Notes under the pieces: generated by a model
Told to the model about the DNA's origin: nothing
The model's database searches: none
Seen by the model: the letters and a program-made list of their open reading frames with translations, nothing else
Translations under genes and position numbers: made by a program
Shown here: positions 15,579 through 24,317 of the stretch, piece by piece
Numbering within the stretch: the first letter of the stretch is position 1
How the letters are laid out: every line of letters begins with the position of its first letter
Origin: a virus
Taxonomy: Duplodnaviria > Caudoviricetes
IMG/VR virus record: IMGVR_UViG_3300046330_000118
Coordinates: 1 to 52,129 of that record
Reading direction: 5' to 3' (one strand)
DNA: 52,129 nucleotides

Positions 15579-15751
15579 TGGCATACGTAACAGCAGATGG
15601 CAACTACGGCTCGGATGAGGTTGTAGAGTTTGAGTACGAGGAGCTAACAGACGCACAGTGGGAAACAGTCTCTGTGCTACCAGACAGGGACAAGTTCCCA
15701 TACGTCATCTCTGTGCTCAACGGAGAAGATACGTCAGACTGGGAGCTGTAA
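15578..15751 (+). CDS. Hypothetical acidic protein
   Basis: Start MAYVTADGNYG after GAGGAG; LTDAQWE motif. Confidence 0.75.
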   Translation: MAYVTADGNYGSDEVVEFEYEELTDAQWETVSVLPDRDKFPYVISVLNGEDTSDWEL

Positions 15752-15899
15752 AACCCCCGGGTTTCTAAAGTCTCTAATAGTCCTAACAGGATGCGCATAT
15801 AACGGCGTATCCGCCCCAGAAAACCAGTGGCTGATGATGGGGCGCTGCCCCTTCACTTTGTGAAGGAGGGGCAGCTAGCCCCTAGGAAAGGTAACTACA

Positions 15900-16145
15900 A
15901 TGGATGAGCTGTTCGCCAGTAACGAGATGACAGACGAGGAAGCAGCATACGAGTCGTATCCATACAAGGACTACAACGGGTGGAATCTAGACATCGGCTC
16001 TCTTGTGCAGTTCGCAGGAGATGACCGGACATACGGTCAGATGTTTAGGATCGTAGTGTTTACGCTAGATGCTAAGAAGGCTCTAGTCGTAGCAGGAGAG
16101 AAAAAGTATTGGGTAACACTAAGTTCACTAAGGTGGGTCCGTTAA
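15900..16145 (+). CDS. Hypothetical protein (SH3/KOW-like C-terminus)
   Basis: RBS GAAAGG; IGSLVQF...WVTLSSLRWV beta pattern. Confidence 0.7.
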   Translation: MDELFASNEMTDEEAAYESYPYKDYNGWNLDIGSLVQFAGDDRTYGQMFRIVVFTLDAKKALVVAGEKKYWVTLSSLRWVR

Positions 16146-16276
16146 TGATTCAGGCAATCAGTTGGTTAATCATCATTGGGTTAGCAGTTGTTGTATACGG
16201 CGCAATGAACGCACTATACATTGACTCGCTCAAGACGCAAGTTCGAGAGTTAGAAGAAAAGTCCCCGGGTTTTTAG
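16145..16276 (+). CDS. Small single-TM protein (43 aa, not in ORF track)
   Basis: MIQAISWLIIIGLAVVVYGAMNALYIDSLKTQVRELEEKSPGF; TAATG coupling. Confidence 0.65.
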   Translation: MIQAISWLIIIGLAVVVYGAMNALYIDSLKTQVRELEEKSPGF

Positions 16277-16431
16277 AAAACCTAAAAGTCCTACAAGGCC
16301 TAGAGAATGGGAGCCAATCAAACCAAGAGAAGCTGTGGTACAGATAGGAATAATAACAAGAAGCGATGATACGACTTTTTCGCTCTTTGAGACGAAAGTC
16401 GTCTCATCTATTAAATAGAAAGTGACATAAG

Positions 16432-16872
16432 ATGTCCAAGGTAACAGCAGTAGCAGCAGTAGCAGTACCAGATGATTCAGTTCTAGACGATGCGTACTTC
16501 GGTGCGAAGGAGCCAGGTCAGTACACGATGGAGATTGTGGACGTTGAGATGGTAACAGTCAAGTCTGGAAAGCACGAAGGCAAGCCAGCGTTGAACCTAA
16601 CGCTAGCACACGCAGATTCACGCAAGGTCTGGAAGCAGATTCCATTGTGGTCAGCACCAGTTGACAAGTCAGAAGACGCTCGCAAGGAGCGCGACTGGTT
16701 GCGGATGTCACGCAAGGCACTTGTCGATTCACTAAGCATCACAAACAATGAGCTAGTCAACTCACCAGAGTCGTTGATTGGTCTAGTCGTTGAAGCCCAG
16801 TTGGGTGTTCAGAACTCTGCAAACTACGGTGAGCAGAACTTCGTTGTAACATTCAAGCCACTTGGTAACTAA
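16432..16872 (+). CDS. Second DUF669-like ssDNA-binding protein
   Basis: EPGQYTMEIVDVE..VKSGKHEGKP...LIGLVVEAQLG aligns by eye with 2811..3284. Confidence 0.7.
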   Translation: MSKVTAVAAVAVPDDSVLDDAYFGAKEPGQYTMEIVDVEMVTVKSGKHEGKPALNLTLAHADSRKVWKQIPLWSAPVDKSEDARKERDWLRMSRKALVDSLSITNNELVNSPESLIGLVVEAQLGVQNSANYGEQNFVVTFKPLGN

Positions 16873-16884
16873 CCAATAAAGAAC

Positions 16885-16922
16885 AGCCCCAGAGTCGTCC
16901 CCCCGGCTCTGGGGTTTTTTTT
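16885..16922 (+). terminator. Rho-independent terminator
   Basis: CCCCAGAGTCG/CGGCTCTGGGG stem followed by T8. Confidence 0.9.
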
Positions 16923-17106
16923 GATGCCGGGAAGCGTGTTATGTATGAATGAAAGAAATCATTTTATTAGACAAATATATATAAGAGGTAGCTCTCTCCC
17001 ACCACGCTCGAATCACAACACCTTTTGAAACAAATCTTATAAAACATGTTTACATGGTAAAATGGATTGCGCAAAAAATTTCGCGCATATTTTTGGAGGT
17101 TTTTGA

Positions 17107-17274
17107 ATGGGCTCTATTGTTGACGATCCTACCCCTAAGGTTGAGGATTCTGCTACCCCGGTGAATGCTGAGCAGCTTGCTGATATGTTGTATCTTGTCT
17201 TTGAGGCCGTGAAGGACCTTGAGGCTTCGTTTATTGAGTTGCGTAAGGAGCTCACGGATGAGTCGCGCCCTTAA
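17107..17274 (+). CDS. Hypothetical protein (55 aa, not in ORF track)
   Basis: MGSIVDDPTPKV...ELTDESRP; RBS GGAGG. Confidence 0.7.
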   Translation: MGSIVDDPTPKVEDSATPVNAEQLADMLYLVFEAVKDLEASFIELRKELTDESRP

Positions 17275-17767
17275 TCTTCTTGACGAGTCTCTGATTCGCC
17301 TGGCGGCTTCTGGTAAGTCTGGTCAGGAGCTTGAGCGTTCTACTGGTATCCCTGCCGCTCAGGCTGTGCAGCATGTCAAGGATTTGATGGCCCGCCGTGA
17401 TGTTTGGTCTGAGGTTGAGCAGCGTCAGCTTTTGCTGTATCAGCTTAATGAGCTGAAGGATTCGCTGACTGAGGCTGCGTTCCAGCTGAAGGACCCTGAG
17501 TCTGCACGTCTATTGCTTAAGACTCTGGAGCTTATTGGTAAGCGTTTGGATTCTCAGAAGACGCAGCTGGATGAGCAGGTGCTTAAGCTGTCGCAGTATC
17601 AGCAGGGTGTTCTTCTTCGCGCTATGGATGCGGCTCTTTCTTTTGCTAAGAAGTCTCTGCAGGAGCAGTACCCCGATGTTGACTCCACTCGCTTGGACGC
17701 ACTGGTTGCTGAGGGCTTGATGAAGGCCAAGAGCGAACTGCAAGAGGAGACGCAATCTTTTGATTGA
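17258..17767 (+). CDS. Putative terminase small subunit
   Basis: Helical protein with HTH-like N-terminus directly upstream of TerL; start MSRALN after AAGGAG. Confidence 0.65.
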   Translation: MSRALNLLDESLIRLAASGKSGQELERSTGIPAAQAVQHVKDLMARRDVWSEVEQRQLLLYQLNELKDSLTEAAFQLKDPESARLLLKTLELIGKRLDSQKTQLDEQVLKLSQYQQGVLLRAMDAALSFAKKSLQEQYPDVDSTRLDALVAEGLMKAKSELQEETQSFD

Positions 17768-19271
17768 TAATGTCATTGATGGGGTTATTAAGGATCTGCA
17801 GCAGCGGTCTAAGAACTCTCTTTATTTAACTGACCCTGCCGCCTGGGTGCATGATGTGCTGGGTAAGCATGTTTGGTCTAAGCAGCGTGAGGTTCTTGAG
17901 TCTCTGGTTGACAACACGCACACGGCTGTGGTTAGCTGTAACGGTATGGGCAAGTCTGCGATTGCGGGCATGGCTGGGGCCTGGTGGGTATCTGTGCATG
18001 ACCCGTACGAGGTTGCGCTTATTGCGTCGGCTCCGACGTACCCTCAGATTGCTCGTGTGCTCTTCCGTGAGCTTAAAGATAACCACAAGGCTGCGGCGAT
18101 TCGCGGCTTTAGCCTACCCGGGCACATCAACCAGTCGGAGGAGTGGAAGCTCGACGACGAGTACGGCACACTGATTGGCTTTGGCCGTCGACCTGCCGAC
18201 ACTGACATTGTTTCCGCCTTCCAGGGTATCCACCGTCGTTTTGTGATGGTGGTTCTGGATGAGGCTGGCGGTATCCCTCAGGACTTGTATACGGCTGCTG
18301 AAGCGGTTACTACGACTGCGGACTCGCGAGTGCTTGCTATTGGTAACCCGGACCGCAGAGGAACCGAATTCCACCGTATTTTCCGTGAGGATGAGACTTG
18401 GAATAAGATTAAGGTTTCTGCATTTGATACGCCAAACTTTACGGGCGAGGATATTCCAGAGGAGCTGAAGCCGCTTTTGATTCAGCCGGGCTGGGTTGAC
18501 CGTCAGAAGGTTGCTTGGGGTACTGATTCTGCCCGTTATAAGTCTAAGATTTTGGCCGAGTTTCCCGAGGAAGACGACACTACGTTTTTCAGCCAGACTG
18601 CTATCGATTCTGCTATTGACCTTGACGTTGTTGAGGATATGGAGATCCCGGTTGTGCTCGGTGTCGACGTTGCACGTTTCGGTGATGACGATTCTGTAAT
18701 TTACACTTGCAGGGGTGGCCGTTTGCGTCACCACGCTACATGGACTAAGGCTAATGCTGTTGAGTCGGCTAACCGCATCCATGAGGCTGCTATTGCTTTT
18801 GGAGCTAGGGAGGTTCGAGTTGACGGTACTGGTTTGGGTGCGCCAATTGTTGACATGCTTGCTAATATGTGTAATGATTCCTATGTGGTTATTAGCGTTG
18901 TTGGTTCTGCTGCTAGCCCTGATAACACGAGATGGCTTAATGCTCGTGCGGCGGGCTATGATTCGATGCGTGAGCGGATGATTATGGGGAATTTGGACAT
19001 CGACATGATGGACAAGGACCTTATTGACGAAATGATGTCGATTAAGTACAAGTTTTCTACTAAGGGTTCAATTCAGATTGAATCTAAAGATGATATGCGC
19101 TCTAGGGGCATGAAGTCCCCTGACCGCCTAGATGCGGCGATGTATGCGTCTTTGGACATGTCTAAGTTGATGAACTCTGCATACCCGACTGGCAAGCCTG
19201 GCGACAAGATGTATATGGACGCTAACGATCTTGATGTAAAGTTTCCGTTTTACTCGGACTGGACATGGTAG
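17760..19271 (+). CDS. terL: Terminase large subunit
   Basis: WSKQ, SCNGMGKS Walker A, VLDEA Walker B, IGNP, GVDVARFGDD, VDGTGLG, SPDRLDA. Confidence 0.95.
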   Translation: MIDNVIDGVIKDLQQRSKNSLYLTDPAAWVHDVLGKHVWSKQREVLESLVDNTHTAVVSCNGMGKSAIAGMAGAWWVSVHDPYEVALIASAPTYPQIARVLFRELKDNHKAAAIRGFSLPGHINQSEEWKLDDEYGTLIGFGRRPADTDIVSAFQGIHRRFVMVVLDEAGGIPQDLYTAAEAVTTTADSRVLAIGNPDRRGTEFHRIFREDETWNKIKVSAFDTPNFTGEDIPEELKPLLIQPGWVDRQKVAWGTDSARYKSKILAEFPEEDDTTFFSQTAIDSAIDLDVVEDMEIPVVLGVDVARFGDDDSVIYTCRGGRLRHHATWTKANAVESANRIHEAAIAFGAREVRVDGTGLGAPIVDMLANMCNDSYVVISVVGSAASPDNTRWLNARAAGYDSMRERMIMGNLDIDMMDKDLIDEMMSIKYKFSTKGSIQIESKDDMRSRGMKSPDRLDAAMYASLDMSKLMNSAYPTGKPGDKMYMDANDLDVKFPFYSDWTW

Positions 19272-19304
19272 AATTATAGTATATTTTAACTTTTTGGAGA
19301 TATT

Positions 19305-20705
19305 TTGAGCAATTTTGACAGTTTTTTTGACGGTGAAGCAGAGCTTCAGGATCTCCGCGAGTCTTATTCACGCATGGCTGAGGTTATGCTGAGCATTGAG
19401 GATGACGGCTGGTCACTTTTGGGGCTTGAGAACCCTCACAGCAACTCTTTCACTCTTGAGGCGCTTCACGCCCTTTCTGAGCGTCTTATTGAGAAAACTG
19501 ACGGTAATCCGCTTCTAAAGCGTGGTTTGGGCCTTCGCACGAGCTATATCTTTGGCCGTGGCGTAGATATTCAGAATGTCTCTTCTAAGCGTGTTCAGTC
19601 ACTAATTGACGACCCTCAGAACCAGGCTGCCCTGTTCTCGAACGACGCTATGTGCGTCAACGAACGGTCGAACTTTGCCTCTGGCCAGTTCTTCATTTTG
19701 GGGGATAACGCCACCAAAAAGCTTCAAAGAATTCCTTTTAACGAGATTACTGGCTGGGTTACCGACCCTGACGACGTTGAAACCGTCCGTTACATCCGCC
19801 GTTCATGGACTCGCAAGAACATTAACGGCCAGGATGAAGCCAAGAACGAGTGGTACCCGATCGACACGCTCGGAACTACAACTCGCGTTGACTACATTCA
19901 GAAGCAGCCGGTCAACTACAACAAGACCATCTTCCCGTTCATCGTAAACAAGCGCTCAGGAGCCGTCTGGGGCGTTCCTGACAGCTTTGCAGCGTATCCT
20001 TGGGCTCACGCCTACAATGAGTATTTGAAGGACGGCTCACGCATCCTGAAGGCTCTGAGCATGTTCGCTTGGCAGCTTAAGTCGAAGACTAAGAGTGGCG
20101 CACAGGCAGCAGCTGCTACAATTGCTACACCAAGTAGTTCTGGCTCAACCGCAATTATGGGTGCTGACATGGAGCTTTCAGCTCTTCCGCGCACAAGTAA
20201 CTCTGTAGATCTAGGTAATGGAAAGCCACTTGCTGCTATGGTAGCCAGTGCGCTGGAAGTTTCTGTGATTGCTCTTATGAGCGACCCAGGAACTTCCGGT
20301 GCATATGGTGTCGCACAGACTCTAGACGTACCGACCACTAAGGCCATGCAGGCCCGCCAGAAGCTTTGGGAAAACTACCTTAAGCGTGTGATGGCTTTCT
20401 TCGGTGACACCAAGGCAACTATCAAGTGGCCTAAGATGGAAACCGAGTCAAGCTTCCGCCAGCTTCAGTCTTTGGCTTTGGCTAAGGAGTCGATGGCTAT
20501 TTGGCCTGACGAGTTCCGCAACGCTGTGCTAGATGAGCTTGATGTTGTCGCAATGCGCAACGGCTCACCAGAGGACAGCACGCAAGACAACCCTGACAAC
20601 AGCGGCTCAGTAGTTCCGTCTCAGGGCAACTCTGGCGCGGTAGGCTCGATGCAGGATAACTCAAACGACCTGCGTGATATGGATAACACTCCTGCAACTA
20701 ACTAA
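19305..20705 (+). CDS. Portal protein
   Basis: Follows TerL; 466 aa; NPLLKRG..LR, WGVPD patterns. Confidence 0.85.
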   Translation: MSNFDSFFDGEAELQDLRESYSRMAEVMLSIEDDGWSLLGLENPHSNSFTLEALHALSERLIEKTDGNPLLKRGLGLRTSYIFGRGVDIQNVSSKRVQSLIDDPQNQAALFSNDAMCVNERSNFASGQFFILGDNATKKLQRIPFNEITGWVTDPDDVETVRYIRRSWTRKNINGQDEAKNEWYPIDTLGTTTRVDYIQKQPVNYNKTIFPFIVNKRSGAVWGVPDSFAAYPWAHAYNEYLKDGSRILKALSMFAWQLKSKTKSGAQAAAATIATPSSSGSTAIMGADMELSALPRTSNSVDLGNGKPLAAMVASALEVSVIALMSDPGTSGAYGVAQTLDVPTTKAMQARQKLWENYLKRVMAFFGDTKATIKWPKMETESSFRQLQSLALAKESMAIWPDEFRNAVLDELDVVAMRNGSPEDSTQDNPDNSGSVVPSQGNSGAVGSMQDNSNDLRDMDNTPATN

Positions 20706-20750
20706 TGTGGTATCATTACTTATAGAATTATTAATACCTATGGAGTATCT

Positions 20751-21749
20751 ATGACTGTGCAGCTAAACGAAAACCTGGCGTTTTCAGCACCTTCTGGCAA
20801 GGGCAACAAGTGGCGCATCAAGGTTATCGAGGCTGGCTGGGGTAGCTCAGGCTACTACGCAGCTGACATGCTTGCTGAGTTTGGCCCTCGAACCTTTAAG
20901 GCTGGAACTAAGGTATTTATGAACCACCCTGGCGCTAGCGAGTCTAACGACCGCCCAGAGCGTGACGTTCACCAGTTGGCCGGAAAGCTAACCAGTGACG
21001 CAGTATTCCAGGAGAATGGTCTATTCGCAGAAGTCGAATTTTACTCACACTACGCACCAATCATCCGAGAGATGGCTGGCGACGTAGGTTTGTCAATTCG
21101 TGCAACTGGCTCCGTCAAGATTGGCGAAGCTGAGGGGCGAGAAGGTCCTATCGTCGAATCGCTATCGGATGATGATCCAATGACGAGCGTTGATGTGGTA
21201 ACCGTAGCAGGAGCGGGCGGTAAGTTTGTTTCGCTGCTCGAAAGCTACAAAATCAAAGAGGAAGCTACAATCGTAGCCGAATCTTCTATGGAAGGAAATA
21301 GAATGTCTATTACTAAGGAAGAGTTTGATTCAGCTATCGCTGAGTTGAAGAACACCCTTGTTGAGGCACTCAGCCCTCTTAAGGAGTCAGTAATGGCTCT
21401 TGTTGAGGCAGCTACTCCTGCTGACGACGAGAAGACTGAAGACGAGGCTACCGAAGAGGTAGCAATCGACCCAGTTGAAGTTGCTGAGAAGTTCAACGAG
21501 TCAGGTCTACCAAAGATTGCGCTTACCCGCGTAGCTGAGGCCCTGAAATCAGAAACCAACACCAAGACCGTTGATGAACTAATCGAGTCTGAGAAGGCAT
21601 ACGCTGACTCAATTCGCGAGAGCATCAAGGCAACCGCTCCAGCTACTGCTGAGGTTGTTGGCGTTGTCCACGAGGCTAACAAGGCCGCAACCACCGCTGG
21701 TAACGACGACTACGATTCAGTAATCGCTCGCCTAACTGGCAAGAACTAA
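20751..21749 (+). CDS. Capsid maturation protease / scaffold fusion
   Basis: GWGSSGYY, NHP, GLSI, SVDVV..AGAGG protease motifs; acidic helical C-terminus. Confidence 0.85.
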   Translation: MTVQLNENLAFSAPSGKGNKWRIKVIEAGWGSSGYYAADMLAEFGPRTFKAGTKVFMNHPGASESNDRPERDVHQLAGKLTSDAVFQENGLFAEVEFYSHYAPIIREMAGDVGLSIRATGSVKIGEAEGREGPIVESLSDDDPMTSVDVVTVAGAGGKFVSLLESYKIKEEATIVAESSMEGNRMSITKEEFDSAIAELKNTLVEALSPLKESVMALVEAATPADDEKTEDEATEEVAIDPVEVAEKFNESGLPKIALTRVAEALKSETNTKTVDELIESEKAYADSIRESIKATAPATAEVVGVVHEANKAATTAGNDDYDSVIARLTGKN

Positions 21750-21762
21750 GGAAAGGCACATC

Positions 21763-22089
21763 ATGGCTCTTAACGAGATCTATGCAGTAGCTAACAGCCT
21801 ATCATTCCCTGTAGCGGACACCGTTGTATCTGGTGACCTTGTACAGGTTGGACAGGTAGTTGGTATTGCTGAGCACGACGCGAAGGAAAAGGAAGATGGC
21901 AACACCTACGCTACTCTTAAGCTTACCGGCGCATTCAAACTAGAGACTGCAGACACCGTTTCTGTTGGCGCAAAGGTATACGTTAGCTCAGCTGGCGCAG
22001 TTACCACCACCGCTACCAGCAACAAGTTGATCGGTCACGCTATCAAGGCTGGAACTGGCTACGTTGTAGTCCGTTTGCAGCAGAACTAA
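21763..22089 (+). CDS. DUF2190-like capsid decoration/cement protein
   Basis: VVSGDLVQVG..VGIA...G.F.L...VGAKVY; lies between protease and capsid genes. Confidence 0.8.
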   Translation: MALNEIYAVANSLSFPVADTVVSGDLVQVGQVVGIAEHDAKEKEDGNTYATLKLTGAFKLETADTVSVGAKVYVSSAGAVTTTATSNKLIGHAIKAGTGYVVVRLQQN

Positions 22090-22102
22090 GGGACGGTAGA
22101 AA

Positions 22103-23212
22103 ATGACTGAAAACATTACTTCACGCCAGGTCGAAGCCGCTAAGCTCCTCGAAGGTGCTATCCGCGGTGACCGCCAGGACAAGCTAAAGCTACAGGAAGG
22201 TATCTCTACCTCTGACCTGCCAGTTCAGCTTGCACCAACCATCAACAAGATCATGCTTGCAAACTATGCAGAGCAGCCAAAGGTTTGGGACGCTTTCGCA
22301 ACCCGCCTAGTTGTTGATGACTTCCGCCCAACCCAGTACATGAACCTTGCTTACGAAGACGACGGTCTTGACAACGAAGGCGACAAGTTCCGCGCTGGCT
22401 CACTACCTACCGTTGGCGAGTACGACGAGTACCCAACTGCTGGCTGGTTCTCATTCTCTGAGGCTGAGTTCGCAGTGAAGAAGGCCGGTTCACGTATCCG
22501 CTTCTCATGGGAATCAATCATCAACGACGGCAACATCTCAATCCTTGAGCGTCTACCTCTCGAGCTTGCTCGCAAGGCAGCTGGCAAGGAAGACGAGGAA
22601 GTTACCAAGCAGCTAGTTACCTCTTCAGGTCTAAACACTGCTAACTTCAAGTCGGGTAACCAGAACCTACTAGCAGGCAACCCTGTGCTCTCACTAGAGT
22701 CACTAGAGGCTGCAATCACTGCTGCTAACGTTCAGACCTACAACGGCAACTCAATCACCCCACTTAGCCGCTTCGTTCTAGTTGTCCCACAGGCACTTGA
22801 GCTAACCGCTAAGAAGATCCTTGCTGTGCAGCAGGTTCGTACCGAGGTTACCTCTGGTGACACCGTTACTTCTGTTGTTGCAGGCAACCCAATCGCTTCT
22901 TCGATTCAGATCGTTGTAAACCCTTGGATTAAGAAGATCTACAACAACTCAAACGCTGACAAGTTCTGGTTCCTACTTCCAGTTCCTTCAGACACCATCA
23001 ACCCAGGTCTAGTACTTGGCTTCCTGCGCGGACACGAGGCTCCTGAGCTTCGCGTCAAGGCAAACGGTGGCTTGTACCTAGGCGGCGGTGCAGTACCTGC
23101 TCGCGAAGGTTCGTTCGACAACGACGACTTCGAGATGCGTATTCGCCACATCGCAACCGGTGGCTTCTTGCTACCAACTGGTACCATTGCATCAACCGGT
23201 GCTGGCGCTTAA
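22103..23212 (+). CDS. Major capsid protein (HK97 fold)
   Basis: STSDLP, V.E.DEY, K.G.RIRFSWE.IIND, LVVP.ALE; strongly biased codons; followed by a terminator. Confidence 0.9.
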   Translation: MTENITSRQVEAAKLLEGAIRGDRQDKLKLQEGISTSDLPVQLAPTINKIMLANYAEQPKVWDAFATRLVVDDFRPTQYMNLAYEDDGLDNEGDKFRAGSLPTVGEYDEYPTAGWFSFSEAEFAVKKAGSRIRFSWESIINDGNISILERLPLELARKAAGKEDEEVTKQLVTSSGLNTANFKSGNQNLLAGNPVLSLESLEAAITAANVQTYNGNSITPLSRFVLVVPQALELTAKKILAVQQVRTEVTSGDTVTSVVAGNPIASSIQIVVNPWIKKIYNNSNADKFWFLLPVPSDTINPGLVLGFLRGHEAPELRVKANGGLYLGGGAVPAREGSFDNDDFEMRIRHIATGGFLLPTGTIASTGAGA

Positions 23213-23232
23213 TAGCCCAGTTCCCGAATAGC

Positions 23233-23268
23233 GAGAACCCTCACCTTCGGGTGGGGGTTTTCTGCTTT
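23233..23268 (+). terminator. Rho-independent terminator after the capsid gene
   Basis: GAACCCTCACC-TTCG-GGTGGGGGTTT plus T-rich tail. Confidence 0.9.
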
Positions 23269-23284
23269 CTGGTACAATAGATGT

Positions 23285-23350
23285 ATCACGTTCCTCCTTC
23301 GTGAATGATTCTCGCCCTGTTGAGCTTTTGCTCCGGGGCGAGTTTCTTTT
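23285..23350 (+). ncRNA. Candidate sRNA of about 65 nt with an anti-Shine-Dalgarno hairpin loop and its own terminator
   Basis: -10 TACAAT 23273-23278; hairpin TCACG-[TTCCTCCTT]-CGTGA; terminator CTCGCCCTG..GAGC-TTTT-GCTC-CGGGGCGAG-TTTCTTTT. Confidence 0.65.
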
Positions 23351-23370
23351 ATGCGGTATAATAGAGCATA

Positions 23371-24096
23371 ATGATTATTCTTCCAGACCATAATTTACCT
23401 ACCCAGTCTGCTGACTGGGGGGATGCGGTCGAACGCGAGCTCAAGAAGCTTGACAAGAAGACTGGCGGCACTGGTGGGCGTGGCTCAAGTGGTGCTGAGG
23501 GGCCGCAGGGGCCTCAAGGAGAGGCTGGACCGCAGGGTCCGCAAGGAGAACAAGGTGTTCAAGGAGAAACAGGCGCTACGGGCGCTACAGGCCCTCAAGG
23601 CGCTACAGGACCGCAGGGAATCCAGGGTGAGGTCGGACCGACTGGCCCTCAAGGAGCTCAGGGGATACAAGGTCCTGCTGGTGCGGATGGTTTGGACGGG
23701 GCTACTGGACCAATGGGACCTCAGGGTCTACAAGGAGTTCAGGGCGATGCCGGGCCTCAAGGCATACAAGGAGTTCAGGGCGCGACAGGTGCTACGGGAC
23801 CTCAAGGTCCTGCTGGAAGTGATGGCCTCAATGGCGCAGATGGCGCTACGGGTCCTACTGGAGCTACTGGCGCTCAAGGCCCTAAAGGCGATAAGGGTGA
23901 CACTGGCAATCAGGGCCTTACCGGCCTATCGGCGTATCAAGTTGCACAACTTAATGGTTTTACTGGAACTGAGCAGGAATGGCTCGCAACGCTGGTAGGT
24001 CCAGCAGGTGCTCCATACGGTAATATAGACGGTGGAAGCCCAACAAGTATTTATGGCGGTATTCCTAGCATTGATGGCGGAAGCGTGATTATTTAA
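23371..24096 (+). CDS. Collagen-like fibre protein
   Basis: Long Gly-X-Y run, GLSAYQVA..NGFTGTEQEWL motif, C-terminal IDGG repeats. Confidence 0.9.
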   Translation: MIILPDHNLPTQSADWGDAVERELKKLDKKTGGTGGRGSSGAEGPQGPQGEAGPQGPQGEQGVQGETGATGATGPQGATGPQGIQGEVGPTGPQGAQGIQGPAGADGLDGATGPMGPQGLQGVQGDAGPQGIQGVQGATGATGPQGPAGSDGLNGADGATGPTGATGAQGPKGDKGDTGNQGLTGLSAYQVAQLNGFTGTEQEWLATLVGPAGAPYGNIDGGSPTSIYGGIPSIDGGSVII

Positions 24097-24317
24097 TGGC
24101 AGTTCAAATTCAACTTAGAGGCGGCACACTCGCTGAGTGGACCTCCGCTAACCCTATTATCGCCATCCGTGAGATGGTGCTTGAAACAGACACCGACCAG
24201 TTTAAAATTGGAAACGGAGTAGACAACTACCTTGACCTGCCTTACGGCGGAATTCAAGGTCCAGCGGGCGCTAATGGTTCATTCGATGGAACTGTAATCG
24301 ATGGCGGAACCGCTTAA
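24096..24317 (+). CDS. Short fibre protein with Mtd/hyaluronidase N-terminal-like domain
   Basis: IQLRGGTLAEWTSANP...ETDT..FKIGNG....LPY. Confidence 0.8.
   Translation: MAVQIQLRGGTLAEWTSANPIIAIREMVLETDTDQFKIGNGVDNYLDLPYGGIQGPAGANGSFDGTVIDGGTA

Noticed and set aside
15755-16298. Mini-CRISPR array from the 36-bp repeats
   Set aside because: Only two imperfect copies about 500 bp apart, with genes between them
18114-18782. Long antisense ORFs (also 29916-30476, 33448-34122, 46497-47141 and others)
   Set aside because: They shadow well-supported genes on the other strand, lack RBS or motifs, and are explained by codon bias
23423-23998. 191-aa alternative-frame ORF in the collagen gene
   Set aside because: By-product of Gly-X-Y codon periodicity
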